From assembly GCA_054600435.1 (NCBI GenBank), contig BAAIJX010000106.1, forward strand, positions 1-36,074: a stretch of 36,074 nt of DNA, read 5' to 3'. This document shows, piece after piece, positions 10,629 through 22,453 of the stretch. The position numbers were made by a program, and so were the translations under genes. The first letter of the stretch is position 1; each line of letters begins with the position of its first letter. The notes beneath the pieces were generated by a model. The model saw only the letters and a list, made by a program, of their open reading frames with translations. It searched no databases and had not been told where the DNA came from. Origin of the DNA: Neophaeotheca triangularis. Lineage: Eukaryota.

Positions 10629-12410
10629 ATGCCCAAATCCTCGCAATCCAGCAGCACGAGCCCCAACAAGGAGGGCCTGCGCAACCGCCGCACCAACACA
10701 ACCACAGGCTCCACGCTCTCCCGCGTACCCACCAACGCTACAACCACAACCACACCCAACGAAAACACCGTCCTACCACAACACTCGGCAGGCTACCTAA
10801 AGGATATCCGCCCACGGCGTGAAAGGACCCGACAAGACGACTACCTCTACTACTCGCTCGCCGGCCCACCCGCTCCACCGCCACGCTATGATCAGCACCA
10901 GACATATTTCGATCCGGGGTATCTGGAGAGTAATCCTTGGATGCAGCAGGAAGATGACGGGCCGAGTTTTACGCTGGCGAGGAATTTTCCTAGGACGGTG
11001 CGTTGGAAGGGCAGGGATGGGGACAAGGAAAGCAGGGTGAGGCCGGATCAGAAAGGGGAGAGTGAAGCCGCGCCGCAGGTTGAGGCGGCGGAAGAGTTTG
11101 GTAGTGAGGTCGAGAATGGTGGAGAGGGTCGTGGTGAGTACTGTAGACCTGCGGCTTGTGGCTGTCCGGTTCGGCGAGAGATTTGCTGATATTTGAGATC
11201 GCAAGATTCCGTCGAAGAAGCGCAAACAGTGGAGGGAGAAGAAGCCGCCAAAGCCCGGCGGCGTAATCGGCAGTATCAGCACCAGCAGCAATCCATGGAA
11301 AACGGGAATCTAACCAGAAGCGGGTCGGCGAATTCTTTTGAGCCACCAAAGCCCACGGAGCAGGAACGCAATCCACAGAAACCGTTCAATGTATGGGCTG
11401 TGGTGAGAATGAAAGCGCAGAGACCGCTGGGAGAATGGCTTGGAGTGGTGATATATTCGTTCATTGGAATTAGCGCGAATCTGGCGGTGGTGACGAGTGA
11501 GAATGAGGCTGGGACGCTTAGCACGGGGTACTGGACTTGGGGGTTTGCGACTATGATTGGTAAGTTTCGTTGAACGGCGCGCGGGGTGGACTTGTTGGTG
11601 GAAGCTGTCCCTGCGAATGAAGACGTCTTACGCCAGAGCCACGAACTGATTTACCTTCTATCAGGCGTCTACGTATCTGGTGGGAGTTCAGGCGGCTTCC
11701 TAAACCCAGTCATCATCATTGCACTCACCTTCTACCGCGGGTTTCCCTGGCGGCGCGTCCCACAATACATCCTCGTACAAGTCTTTGGGGCATTCGTGGG
11801 CGCATTGCTCGCCTTAGCAGTCTACTACGACAGCATCATATACCTCGACGGCGCTCTACTGCCCGAATCGACAGGAGTGAGCATATACACACAGCCGCGA
11901 GACTGGGTACGAAACTCGACAGCATTCTTTTGCGAGCTCCTTGGGAGCGCAGTCATCACCTGCACCATCATAGCGCTGGGCGACAGTGGCAACTCACCTC
12001 CCGGCGCAGGTATGCACGCATTCATCATAGGTCTGGTAATTACCGCAACAACCATGGGTCTGTCTTGGCCGACACGCGGCTGCTTCAATCCGGCGCGCGA
12101 CCTGGGCCCTCGCCTCGCAGCTCTTGTAGTCGGGTATCCAACCTCCATCTTCAACGCAAGAGACTCATTCTGGATCTGGGGTGCGTGGGTGGCCACGATT
12201 CTCGGCGGATTGATTGGCGGGCTGGCGTATGATCTGTGTATTTTCAAGGGCGGCGAGAGTCCGGTGAATTTCAGCTTTGGCCGGTGGAGGAATAAGACGC
12301 TGAAGGGGGAGAGTAATGTGCTGAAGAAGGCGTTGAGGTCGAAAAGGCACGAGGCTATTGATCAGAGGCTGGAGAGTGGCGCATTCACGGCGAGTGAGGA
12401 CAGAAGGTGA
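10629..12410 (+). CDS. Aquaglyceroporin (MIP family) with long N-terminal extension; exons 10629-11133, 11206-11559, 11665-12410; ~534 aa
   Basis: Introns gtgagt...gctgat...aag (11134-11205) and gtaagt...actgat...cag (11560-11664) preserve frame. Motifs GVYVSGGSSGGFLNPV, FPWRRVPQYILVQVFGAF and CFNPARDLGPRL; the D after NPAR indicates the glyceroporin class. Confidence 0.93.
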
Positions 12411-12912
12411 CGTGGAGTGGTATGGTGGTATGTCGTGGTGTTGGTGGTGGTTATGGTGAGGAGAGGAGGACTGGGTTGTGCCTTAGGCTGTCAGGCAGCT
12501 TCAAGCCAAGCCATACGTGACTGGCATCCACAGATAGATTGATGCAACACTCCAAGTCCTGTCGCCCTGCTCACAAACAAGACAAACACATGCACCAACC
12601 CACCGATCTGAAAATGAAAGATCCAGATGACGCCGAGGCAACCCTCGCCTGTAAGCGATAAATCGCCTATAAGCAACAAATCACAAACGCTTCATTGGCG
12701 TCCGGAGAGGCAACGCTCACGGTAAGGCTAACGGTAAAAGCAAGTGCTAGTGTTGCAAATTCGCTGCCACATGGTCGTTGAGATCGGAGCAAGATCTCTA
12801 CGAAGGTTCACGTCCGAGCGCGTCATGCTTACTGTTCATGGCGGCGTTATTATTTGGGACTAGGTTCGGTGTTAGGCGGCGGTAGATGGGCTCGTGATGC
12901 TCGTGGGCTCGT

Positions 12913-13039
12913 TGTCGGTTAGTAGTAGATAGGCTTGTAGTTCCCGGGGGCTCGTTATTGGGTAGCACTATACGGACTCAAGTTTCCGACGTTTGATTGC
13001 AGCTATTTACAAATGCTCGTAACGATTTGCTCCCACCAC
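12913..13039 (+). repeat. Direct repeat copy 2 (~127 bp), paired with 9745-9873
   Basis: Same orientation as copy 1; lies 130-260 bp beyond the BYE1 stop codon. Confidence 0.95.
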
Positions 13040-13170
13040 GTAATAAGAGTGGCTACTCAAGTATCTTTAACGCCGCAAGTGGAAAGTTCGACGAGCGGGT
13101 TCTCGTATAAACGAACTCCCCATTTTCCCTTCCCTACATGACCCCCCCTTCTACCCCTTCACTCTCTGTT

Positions 13171-15858
13171 TTAAACCCCCAGTTCCTCCATCAAAACTCG
13201 AATCTCCGTCCGAGCGGGAACGCTCCTCTCCAGAATATTCCGCAAATGCTGCAGTTTATGCGGCTGAATGGACGGGTCCGCGGCGACAATCTGCTGAGCC
13301 GTGGGGGTGTTGAGGAAGGGTCCGAGAATTTGCGTGATGGTTGGACTGTAAGCTTGCTGGGGCTGTTGTGGTTGTTCGGTGGGTGGGAGAGGTGGTTGTG
13401 TTTCGGCGGGGAGCGGTGTGTACGGGTTGGGCGGGAAGGGTGGCGCGGTGGAGGTGGTTGCGGCCGGCGGGAAAGCAGTGGAGTTGGCGGTATTGGCCAT
13501 AGGGGAGCCGGAAGGACCTTGGGCGGAGATTGAAGCGCGTAGATGCGGGGGCAAGTGGCCGTTTGTGTTGCCCGTCTCGGATTTTGCGGATTTTCCGCCG
13601 TCTTGCTGCTCAGCCACGGTGCCCGCTCTCGCCAGCACAAAAGTGGCGAGGAACATTCTCTTTCCCACGGGTTTTGAGAGCAGGCACTGCTCCAGCATCT
13701 CGACGTGCGGGGGGAGTTCGCCCGCCCCGGCTTCCACAGGGATGAGGTAGCAGTCTTTAACCAAGACTGGCTTCTCCCGCGCTACGACGGCATACCGCTC
13801 CCTGCTACGGAAATACTCCCACACCTCGTCGAAAGCTTTTTGCTCGCCGGGGTTGCTGGGGTGGAGAGCCAGCACTGCCACGTCCGACGTCGAACTCCAT
13901 TGCAGACCGCATAGATACTCCTCTGCTTTGTTCACACCGAGACGGCCTTCAATTGTCAGTTGGCCAGGGGGCAAGAGGTTGCGCCAGGCTTGAGCACCAA
14001 CATCACGTCCGGCGGCGAAGCTGGCGGAGATGGTAGGAGTGACGTCGGTGCTGGAAGCGATGATTTTGCTGTGGTAGGAGAGAGTATTGGAGTCGAGGTC
14101 CTCTTTTGGAGAGTATGGCTCGTCGTCATCGTCGTCTCGTAACAGTCTGTCAACATCTGCGTCCTCGCGCGTGCCGTCTTCTTGCTGTTTGTTGACGGGG
14201 ATGGAACTGCGGCGGCGGGGAGCTTGTTGAAGGGGTCGCGGTTGAGCAGTAGACTGAGTAGGTGACTGCGCAGTTTTCGCCCAGATATCGCTCATGTTGA
14301 ATTGCTGGTCGGAAGCTCGTCTTGGATCTGCAGGACGAGCCGTGTCGGTTTTCGGTGTCGGGGCATCTTTAGGCGGACTCATCCCGGTCACCTCATTATC
14401 GCCGTCCTCTCGATCTCTGATTGGTGCTGCAACGGGAGCGTCTTCGAATTTCGTGTTGTTCTCGTCTTCGATGACTTCATCGCCCTTGTGGGTGCGACGC
14501 ATGCGAGGGCCTTCGACTTCTCCCTCGAGAGTGGCCAGTCTGTCGCTTTCGGCTTTCATGGCGGCTCGCTCTCTCTGCAAGTCCTCACTCGCCATGTCAG
14601 CGCTGCTCATTGTGCTCAACTCATCAGCGGTGAGGCTGCCCTGCAAAAGGCGCTCGATAAGAAGCTTGTTCCGCTTAAGATTGCTGAAAATGGATCTGAA
14701 CTGCTCGCTGTACTTTGTTTGCCCGCCGTGGTTCATTTGTAGAGCATACTCGATACGAGCGGCATGATGATCGCCGACTGAATTTGGAGTCTGATCCTTC
14801 TGCATTTTGTAACCTCCTTTGACACGCTCTTGGACATCGGCAGTAACAATCTTGCTGATGCTTTCGGCGACCTTTCTCCGTTCTGTCGGGAGTTGATCGA
14901 TTTCGACGAGAGCAGTCTCTGGATCTTCAGTAGGCTCAGCCTTGCGACGCTTGTCCGACCTTTGAGCTTGATTGTCACCCTGCTTGACGGTAGAAGGCGT
15001 CCTCTCGGTCTTTTGTACAGGCTTGAGGAATCTCGTCGTCAGTATGGCTCCAAATCCAGCATCAATAACGACACGTTCATAACTCACAGTGTCAGCTTCT
15101 TCTTTGACCTCATCTCTCTTCCTCTTACTGCCAGTCGTCTCGACGCTCTCCGCAGCCTCCTCGACAGGCGCAGCACTTTCCGCAGCAGCATTCCCCGCAC
15201 CCTCCGCACCCTCGGCAACCGCCTCCTCCCCACTCTCGGCCTCCTGAATCTTAGTCTCCTCCTCCTCCTGCGGAGCCAGCACCTCCTTCTTCAACCACCC
15301 GGGCGGGCCCTTGCTCTTTCTCTTCCGACTCTTCTTCTCGTTTTTCATAATCTTCAACCTTGTCTCCCAGATCTTCTCTCCCCTAGCCATAGCCTGCAGC
15401 GTCTCTTGATGCTCTTCTGGCCTACATTCCTCGCAGAAGTAATGCTCCGGGGTATCGTCATCCTCATCCGTAATCCCCATGCATACATTGTGCTGCCAGA
15501 CGAGACACGCATCGCAGCTGATGAACGTACGGTTGTCTTCTGGGTCGTCATTGCCGCAGACGCAGCGGATCTTCTCATCGTCTTCGTCGTTGTCGGCTGA
15601 GGGGGAGGGGGCGGACTTCGCTGCGGCTGCTGCTGCAGCTTTGCTTTTTTTGGAGGTGGTTGTTTTGGCTTTAGCGGCGGGCTTGGGGTTCGGCGCTGGA
15701 GAGGAGGAGGCGAGTTTGTTGTGTTGGCCTTTGGTCGCGCGGCCGGAACGGCGGATTTCTTCTGAGACACGCGAGTGTTAGTTACGGACCTTTTCGAGTC
15801 GTGTGCTTGTCACGACATGCTGACCGCCTCTGGGGTGGTCATATAGCTTACCTGCCAT
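13171..15858 (-). CDS. BYE1: Transcription factor Bye1 (PHD finger + TFIIS central domain + SPOC); exons 15858-15852, 15761-15088, 15021-13171; ~843 aa
   Basis: Spliced N-terminus MAEEIRRSGRATKGQH. PHD finger IRCVCG...CDACLVWQHNVCMG...YFCEEC. TFIIS_M YSEQFRSIFSNLKRN...LSTMSSADMASEDL. SPOC LTIEGRL...AEEYL...YFRSRERYAV...VKDCYLIP. Confidence 0.93.
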
Positions 15859-16799
15859 GCTTTAGACGTCTCAGCGCCTCGACTGAGCTATTCGCTGTCA
15901 CGTTACGTCGACGGCGCTTCGTTGGACGGCGCTTCGTTGAGTGTCTGCCGGATGGCTGTCTGACTGGCTTGGCTGTCTGACTGGCTGACTTGGGTGATGT
16001 CTGCAACGACAGATTTGGTTTTTTGGAAGAAAAGGACGGACGTGAGAGCACACGAAACGAAGCACTTCTATAGACAATGCGCTGCCGAGCAGCCTTTGAT
16101 CTCAAGGGTTCCAAAGCTTTCCCTCAACAAACACTCCAATCCTCCTGCTGACGACAATGGCGACGAGCAACGTCCTGACAGGTTGTCGGTGACTATCTGT
16201 AGTCGCGTCGCGTTGCCGTGGGTATTCACTGAGGGATTGCCAGGTTAGTCAAGTTTCTCCGTCGTCGTAAGGCTTTGTGCGCGACTGGGAAGAGGCGCGA
16301 GTGTCACGTATCGTTGTGCTCGTAACGGTGGTCTTCGAGACCGGTCGCCTGGGTATAGCGCGTAATTCGAGATCACAATCTATTCCTGATGGCCCTCGAG
16401 TTCTATACGCATGTGTTGTGTTCCCTTGTCGCACGCAGTTCCCTCCCAGTCGCATGTAGGATCGCGTGCGCGTGTGGGGTCGTTCTGCTCACCTGTGCAG
16501 TGCGCGGAGCGCAATTGATCCGATCGCTGGTTGATGGCCAAAAGGTGGCGGTGACGTTTGCGCGCAGAGTTGTGATGGTAATGTCGTTGTTGTTGTGGGC
16601 ACGAGAAGGTTGGTAGGTAGAATGAGGTAGAGTAACAACAGAAGGAGGGGTGAAGATAGCTAACTCGGCAAGCGTGTACACCTACTCCTTGGCATAACAT
16701 TAGTAAGCATTCATCAAACATCAAACCTCCACCTAAGGAACCTTGAATTCAATAAATTGCCTTGTCTTCAACATCGTGTCAAACATCTTTCTCAACGCA

Positions 16800-17666
16800 A
16801 TGGCCCCGATAGCCACCGAACCAGCAAGTGGTGCCCGCGCCCTCCTCCGCGCAGCCCGAACTGAGCGCCAAATAAAACACCCCCATGCGACCTATACATC
16901 CAGCGGCTCTCTGACATGTAACCTCTGTGAATTACCCATCAAGTCTGAAAGCGGCTGGAAAGCGCACCTGCATTCGACGCAACATACTCTGCGGTTGAGT
17001 CGGGTGAGGGAGGCTGCAGAGGAAGAGCTTAGGGTTGGGAGTAAGAAGAGGAAGCTGGACCTTGAGCCTGAGGATGGGCAAGGGGAAGCAGGGGAACCGA
17101 ATACAGCAGGCGGGGGAAAGAGAGTAAAGGAGGATGAAGAGGAGAAAGTGAGAGAAGAAGCACCTCTGCCCCGGGAACCAGTCGCTCAGCCAGCATCAAC
17201 AACGCCCACCGCGCCACCCACCAACCATGCCAACGCTGATGCAGACTATGCCGCCCTCATGGGCGAACTCGACGACCTCGAACAGCAACCTCCCGCACAG
17301 CCAAACCCTCCAAGCAGAACTTCAATGGCCACAGCAACATATTCCTCTGCTCCCATGACTGCCGAGCAGCTCGCTGCCACTTCTGCTGCTGGATCCGCAG
17401 GCTCGGGAAACACTAAAAAGGATACGGAGGCTGACGAGAAGGTGGAGGCGAGTGCCGCGCTTGCGGGGGAGTTTGAGTTGATGGAGGGGTTGGAGGCCAG
17501 GTTGAGACGGTTGAGGGAGAGGAAAGAGGGGATGGGTAATGTCGATGGAGTTGTTAGGGAAGATGTGACGGCGGTGAGTGAGAAGGCGTTGGCGAATGGG
17601 GATGAAGCGGAAGAAGATGATGATGATGACGACGAGTACGAAGACGATTGGGGTTTTGGCAGTTGA
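16800..17666 (+). CDS. ZNF830/CCDC16-like C2H2 (matrin-type) zinc finger protein, 288 aa
   Basis: ARALLRAARTERQIKHPHATYTSSGSLTCNLCELPIKSESGWKAHLHSTQH, a C-terminal coiled coil EFELMEGLEARLRRLRERKE and an acidic tail ending DDWGFGS. ATG 16800 has a good context (cgcaATG). Confidence 0.85.
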   Translation: MAPIATEPASGARALLRAARTERQIKHPHATYTSSGSLTCNLCELPIKSESGWKAHLHSTQHTLRLSRVREAAEEELRVGSKKRKLDLEPEDGQGEAGEPNTAGGGKRVKEDEEEKVREEAPLPREPVAQPASTTPTAPPTNHANADADYAALMGELDDLEQQPPAQPNPPSRTSMATATYSSAPMTAEQLAATSAAGSAGSGNTKKDTEADEKVEASAALAGEFELMEGLEARLRRLRERKEGMGNVDGVVREDVTAVSEKALANGDEAEEDDDDDDEYEDDWGFGS

Positions 17667-19729
17667 GCCTGATGCTATTCAGGCGGCTGGCGGCAGTGGA
17701 CGTTCGAGAGGGAGTTTTACGGAAGGAACGTATGGCGAATGATACCCAAGACCCAACAAACAGTTCGAGATCTGGCTTTGCAGCCAATCAGAGGCTGCTG
17801 ATAATTCTAATCAAACCCATTCTCAGGAATCGTTTGCCTTGAGCATCTGTCTAGGGACTTGCAACTTAGTCCCCGGCGGCTACAATCGTTACTCCCACGT
17901 CAACACGTCCAACAAGCTCGCAATCTTCGCAATCGCTGTTGGTCGACGTAAACTCTTATGACAGCAGGCTCACCCGTCTCAGGTAACGACTACGTATTAT
18001 TGTATCGTCAAAATGAGCGATTGGGGGGAGGGGCGATGCTGGGTGCTGACACGTGCTCGGGATGAGCAACTTCCATTTCAACTCTGCGGCGATGTCGTGT
18101 GCGCGTTGTAGTACGCTTTGCTGGTTTAGATGATGGCTATTTGACTCTTTCTTGCTCTGCCCCTGCCACGAAATTAATTGGCGAAGCCCGCCGGGAGAGA
18201 ATGGGCGATGTGTGAATGGGCTACTTTGTTATACTCTCGGCGAGCTTGACCGAACAGTCTTCTTTCGTAATTAAATCACTTGCCTGTCAGGATAGGAGCG
18301 TCCCTGATCTGTCAAGTCGCCCGAAACCTGTCTTGGCGTGCAGGTCTATACAGGATCAAATGCCCCTTGCGATGAACAATTCTACCGAAATCATACCCAG
18401 GCTGTGCTATTTGGGCCCTCCAGCACAAAGAAATCACTAATCGGCCGTTAGTACGAACCCCCAATCCTCCGACCCTGCGAACATTCTCGATGGCAGAGAC
18501 ATCGATGGCTTCGATTTAAAGCACGGTGTCTGGCAAGGGCGATGATTCCTTGCGTGTGATCGCCACCACGAAATATAAGTCCCAGCCCTTCAGCTCTCTC
18601 AACTCCTCCCGGTCAAGCCAGGCGTGAATCAGGGAAAGAATCACGCCCACTGGATTGGCCCTAAAAGAAGCCGTACTCGAACAGCGAAACCTGCCGGCAG
18701 CTGCTACATTCTGCCCCCAAAAATTCCAGGGCCGCCGAGAACCTATGTTCTTAGAGCAATTCGCAAGGGCAACACATCCCCGGCACATTTCTGGTCTGCT
18801 GTCGAGCCCGCAACGCCTTCAGGTGCCATACCACGAGATTCATCCGTGTGTTGCTCGCCGATTGTACTCATCGTGTCTGGATTTCGAGGCTGAACCGGGA
18901 GCCGAGATCGATCACAAGTCCAGACGGGACGACACCCCTCCTCCTCCCCCCCAGTCACGACTAGCTCCTAGCCCCAAACTGCAAGCAAAACTACCCAACG
19001 CTACTCACACGAATTCCCAGTTGACTTTCCCAATGGGCTCCCGCCTCAGTTCCACGGGCTGCGTTTTAGGTAATCGAAGGGTGGGATTGCAAACGCCGGT
19101 CTGCTGGCAGGATCGATCAAGCCATTCCTCGCCGTGTTATCACAAACTCACTTGTATTGAGGACGAACGCAATGCCTCAACACATGTGATCGATTTGTGC
19201 GCCAGACTCTTCATTAAGTGGCATATGACAAAATTAAACGCTAACAAAAGGCCACAAGCCACCACCGTTTGGATCCCTTCTCTTACAAGCCAAGCGTGAA
19301 CCAGGGAAAGAGTCACTGCCCTGGGGCGGATCCCCTTCTTACCCCGAGCGGAATACTGATCTTATTGAAAAGCAAGCCCGAACAGCAGCAATTCAAACCT
19401 TTACCAAAGCGGCAGGAAACTCCCGCCTTCCGCCGGGGAGCTTTTGCTAGTAGCCGTCACGATAGCTTTCCTGCGATCCGGGCGCGCACAGTTTACAGAC
19501 CGCGAATCTTATGTCTAGCCTAGCAACTCCAGGGGAAGGGTTACCGCAGTAGGAAGGGGGCGAGGTACTGTGTTTCGCAAATGGGTAGGCGCCCAAGGAA
19601 ATGCGGGCTCCGCCACGCCAGCAACTCTGGATCTTATACCTAGAGTAAGCGAATCGGTACATGGGACTTTCAGATGGCGTTTGGACGTCTTGTAGATGGA
19701 GGACAGGCTTCAAGTCTTGATCACAACGG

Positions 19730-21962
19730 TTAAATGTCCAAAGCCCCGCCTAAGCGACTGGCTCCTCGCCCGCCCATTCCAGGTCGTTGACTACTACCGT
19801 CTTCTTTCCCTCTTCCCATGACCAGACTCAACAAATCTTCATCACCGCCCTCACTGCCAGCCTCACTACCACTGTCGCCGCCCATTCCATCCTCATCGTC
19901 CCGATCGCCATCAACCCCATCATCCTTCCTGCGATCTTTCCCAGCCACAGCCAAAAGGCACCCCCCGAAAAACGTCTCCAGCCCCTCGATCCCGATGCCT
20001 TCCTCCCCATCCATCGGCCAAACCCCAGCAACATACTGATCCGGTCTTACCACCACAAGACAGCCGGCCTCCTCACTAACCCCCCTGTCCGCAAAAAACG
20101 TCCCACCGCCAAAATTATAACTAACCTCATCCGTGAATACCTTTTCAAAATCTTTCAACCCATACTTCCCTTTCCGCGGGAACAGTATTGACGGGAATTC
20201 TGTAATGGCGTAATTCAACCTGCTATGTTCTTTAGACAAGATGCAGCGGACGTCGAGGACGGAGTCGGGGTCGCGGTCGCGTGGGGTATAGCGGGGGACC
20301 AGAGTGCGGTTCAGCCAGGTGCAGGTTTTGTATAAGGGTCCGCTTGGGTCGGTGGGGGGGGAAGAGGCCGGGCTGAAAAGGAGGATGCGCCACCGGCCGT
20401 CGGCTTTGAGGATGTGACCCAGTTGGAGGGGTTTGGCGTCTGCGAGGCGCAGGACTTGGGCCGAGTGGAAACGTTGGCCGATTGGGATGCCAGTAGCGAG
20501 ATGTTGGTGGGTTGTTGTTGCAGAGGTTAGGCGGGAGGGTGGGTAGACTGTTTCTAGACCGGCCATGAAGCGGCCTTGGCGGGTAAAGTAGGTTTGAAAG
20601 AGGGCTGGATCGATGGCCTGTTCTTCTTTTTCTTTCTTGTGGGCAGTGCTACTGGGCTTGGCCGCAAACATGGAAGAAATTTCGCGGTCAAAGTCGATGA
20701 GGGTTTTGGCTATTGATTGCCGTTCGGTTGTGTATGTGTGGAGGAGGGAGGGAGGGGATGTGCCGTGGAGTACGGAGGCTAGTTTCCATCCCAGATTGTA
20801 GGTATCGTTCATGCTCACGTTCATCCCTTGGCCGGCTTTTGCCGAGTGAGTGTGGCATGCATCTCCAGCTATAAAGACTCGAGGATCACGAGTGGCCTTT
20901 TCTTCCAATGGGACATCATCGAAGCGGTTGGTGAGGCGTTGACCCACTTCGTAAAACGACCAGTGGCAGACCTCTTTGACGTCTAGGGTGTAAGGGTGAA
21001 AGATGCGTTGAGCGCGGTCGATTAGGATGTCTGGGGTAATATTTTTGCTGGCGATTCGTTCGTTTTGTTGGAGTTTGTCGAGTTCGATGTACAGGCGTAT
21101 CATGTAGCCGCCTTCTCGGGGGATGATCAAAATACTGCCTTCGTTGGCGGAGTGTATAGCGCTTTTCAGTCGCAAATCGGGAAAGTCCGACACGACCAGG
21201 CAATCCATTACTCCCCAGCCTTGATTCGCGGCATCCCCTTTTAATTCTAATCCGAGTGATTGTCGTACTTTCGACCGTGCTCCATCGCAGCCTACTACGT
21301 ACTTTGCGTGGACGACCTCTTCTTCCCCACCTTTTTTCTTCACCCTTACCTCAACTGGCTCGGCTTCGCTTGATGGCACTTTCAACCCAACCATACTCCT
21401 ACCGTACGTCGGCTCCAGCCTTGTCGGACTCCACTTCATAGCCTCGAGCTAGAATAACCACAGAGTCAGCAACCACACACTCCAACCCCTTCCCAACCAT
21501 GGGAGGTCAAGCCATACTCACCCAAAAATCATGCAACCTAGCCTGATTAAGGATGACATGAGGAAATTCACTCAACCCATCCTCGGTATCCCTTATCCTC
21601 CCCGACCTCCTCAGCTCACCATCCTCACCAGGACTCCAGAATGTCGTCTCGTTCACCCAATACGCCTCTTTAAGCACCTTGTCAGCAAAGCCAAAAGCCT
21701 CGAAGATTTCCACAGTCCGGCATTGGAGACCGTCCGCTTGGCCTTGTTCAAGACGACCGGGTTTACTTTCGATGATGCGGGTGGTGATGTCGGGGAACTG
21801 GGCGAGTTGAGAGGCGAGTAAGAGGCCGGCGGGGCCTGAGCCGATTACTAGGACGTCGACGGTTTCAGGTAGGGAGGTCTGGAAGTCGGGCTCGCTGGCG
21901 TGCGGGTATTGCAGTTTGAGCGGGTCGCTGGAACCGAGGAAGCCGTTGAGGTGGAATTGCAT
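19730..21962 (-). CDS. FAD-dependent phenol/3-hydroxybenzoate hydroxylase (PheA/MobA family); exons 21962-21522, 21448-19730; ~719 aa
   Basis: DVLVIGSGPAGL, GQADGLQCRT, YVVGCDGARS, RVFIAGDACHTHSAKAGQGMNVSMNDTYNLGWKL and the C-terminal dimerisation-domain motif LVVVRPDQYV. A 73-nt phase-0 intron gtgagt...gctgac...tag (21521-21449). Confidence 0.95.
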
Positions 21963-22055
21963 TTTGGGGGCGGTGGTTGTAATTGTCGAGGGAATACTGA
22001 CAAACGGGGAAGAACGAGGGTGAAGTTGATATGGGCTGCTAATAGGTGAGGTCGC

Positions 22056-22065
22056 TTATATATAT
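22056..22065 (-). promoter_or_regulatory. Candidate TATA box for the hydroxylase gene
   Basis: ATATATATAA on the minus strand ~95 bp upstream of ATG 21962, in the divergent intergenic region. Confidence 0.45.
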
Positions 22066-22453
22066 GCATTCGCCGGAAGGTGCTCGATAGGCTTTTGGTC
22101 GTACCTGCCTCTGCATTATGGTCTTGTTCGGCGACTGCTTGGGATAACGTTACGTGTTGAGGCTCTAGGTACGATCCAAGTGCCTACATGTGTATACCTT
22201 GTCGACACCAACGTGCGCGTCCTACCTAACTCGACGTTGAAATGCGGCGACTTAGCGAATGCATTGTTCATTATTGGATTTGACCGACGATGTCTTCGGT
22301 TCGGATGTTGTTGGAGACAAGTCCGACGCCAGCGTGGAAAGCTCCCCGATATGGTCGAGTGGGGGCGGGGGGAAAGAACAGCTTCAAGACAGCGACAGCA
22401 AGACTTAGGTACCTTAGTTATACCACCGACCTTCCCCAGCCAAACCCACAACC

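Noticed and set aside
14830..15600. 256-aa plus-strand ORF and other long ORFs antisense or frame-shifted to real genes (e.g. 22180-22983, 30121-30822, 33069-33794)
   Set aside because: Shadow ORFs of GC-rich coding sequence, with no motifs and mostly non-ATG starts.
16281..16453. 10-bp inverted repeat gcgactggga/tcccagtcgc in the BYE1-ZNF830 divergent promoter
   Set aside because: Too short, with no target-site duplication or other copy in the window; compatible with chance.
18655..19299. 214-aa ORF
   Set aside because: TTG start, no codon bias like neighbouring genes and no recognisable domain.
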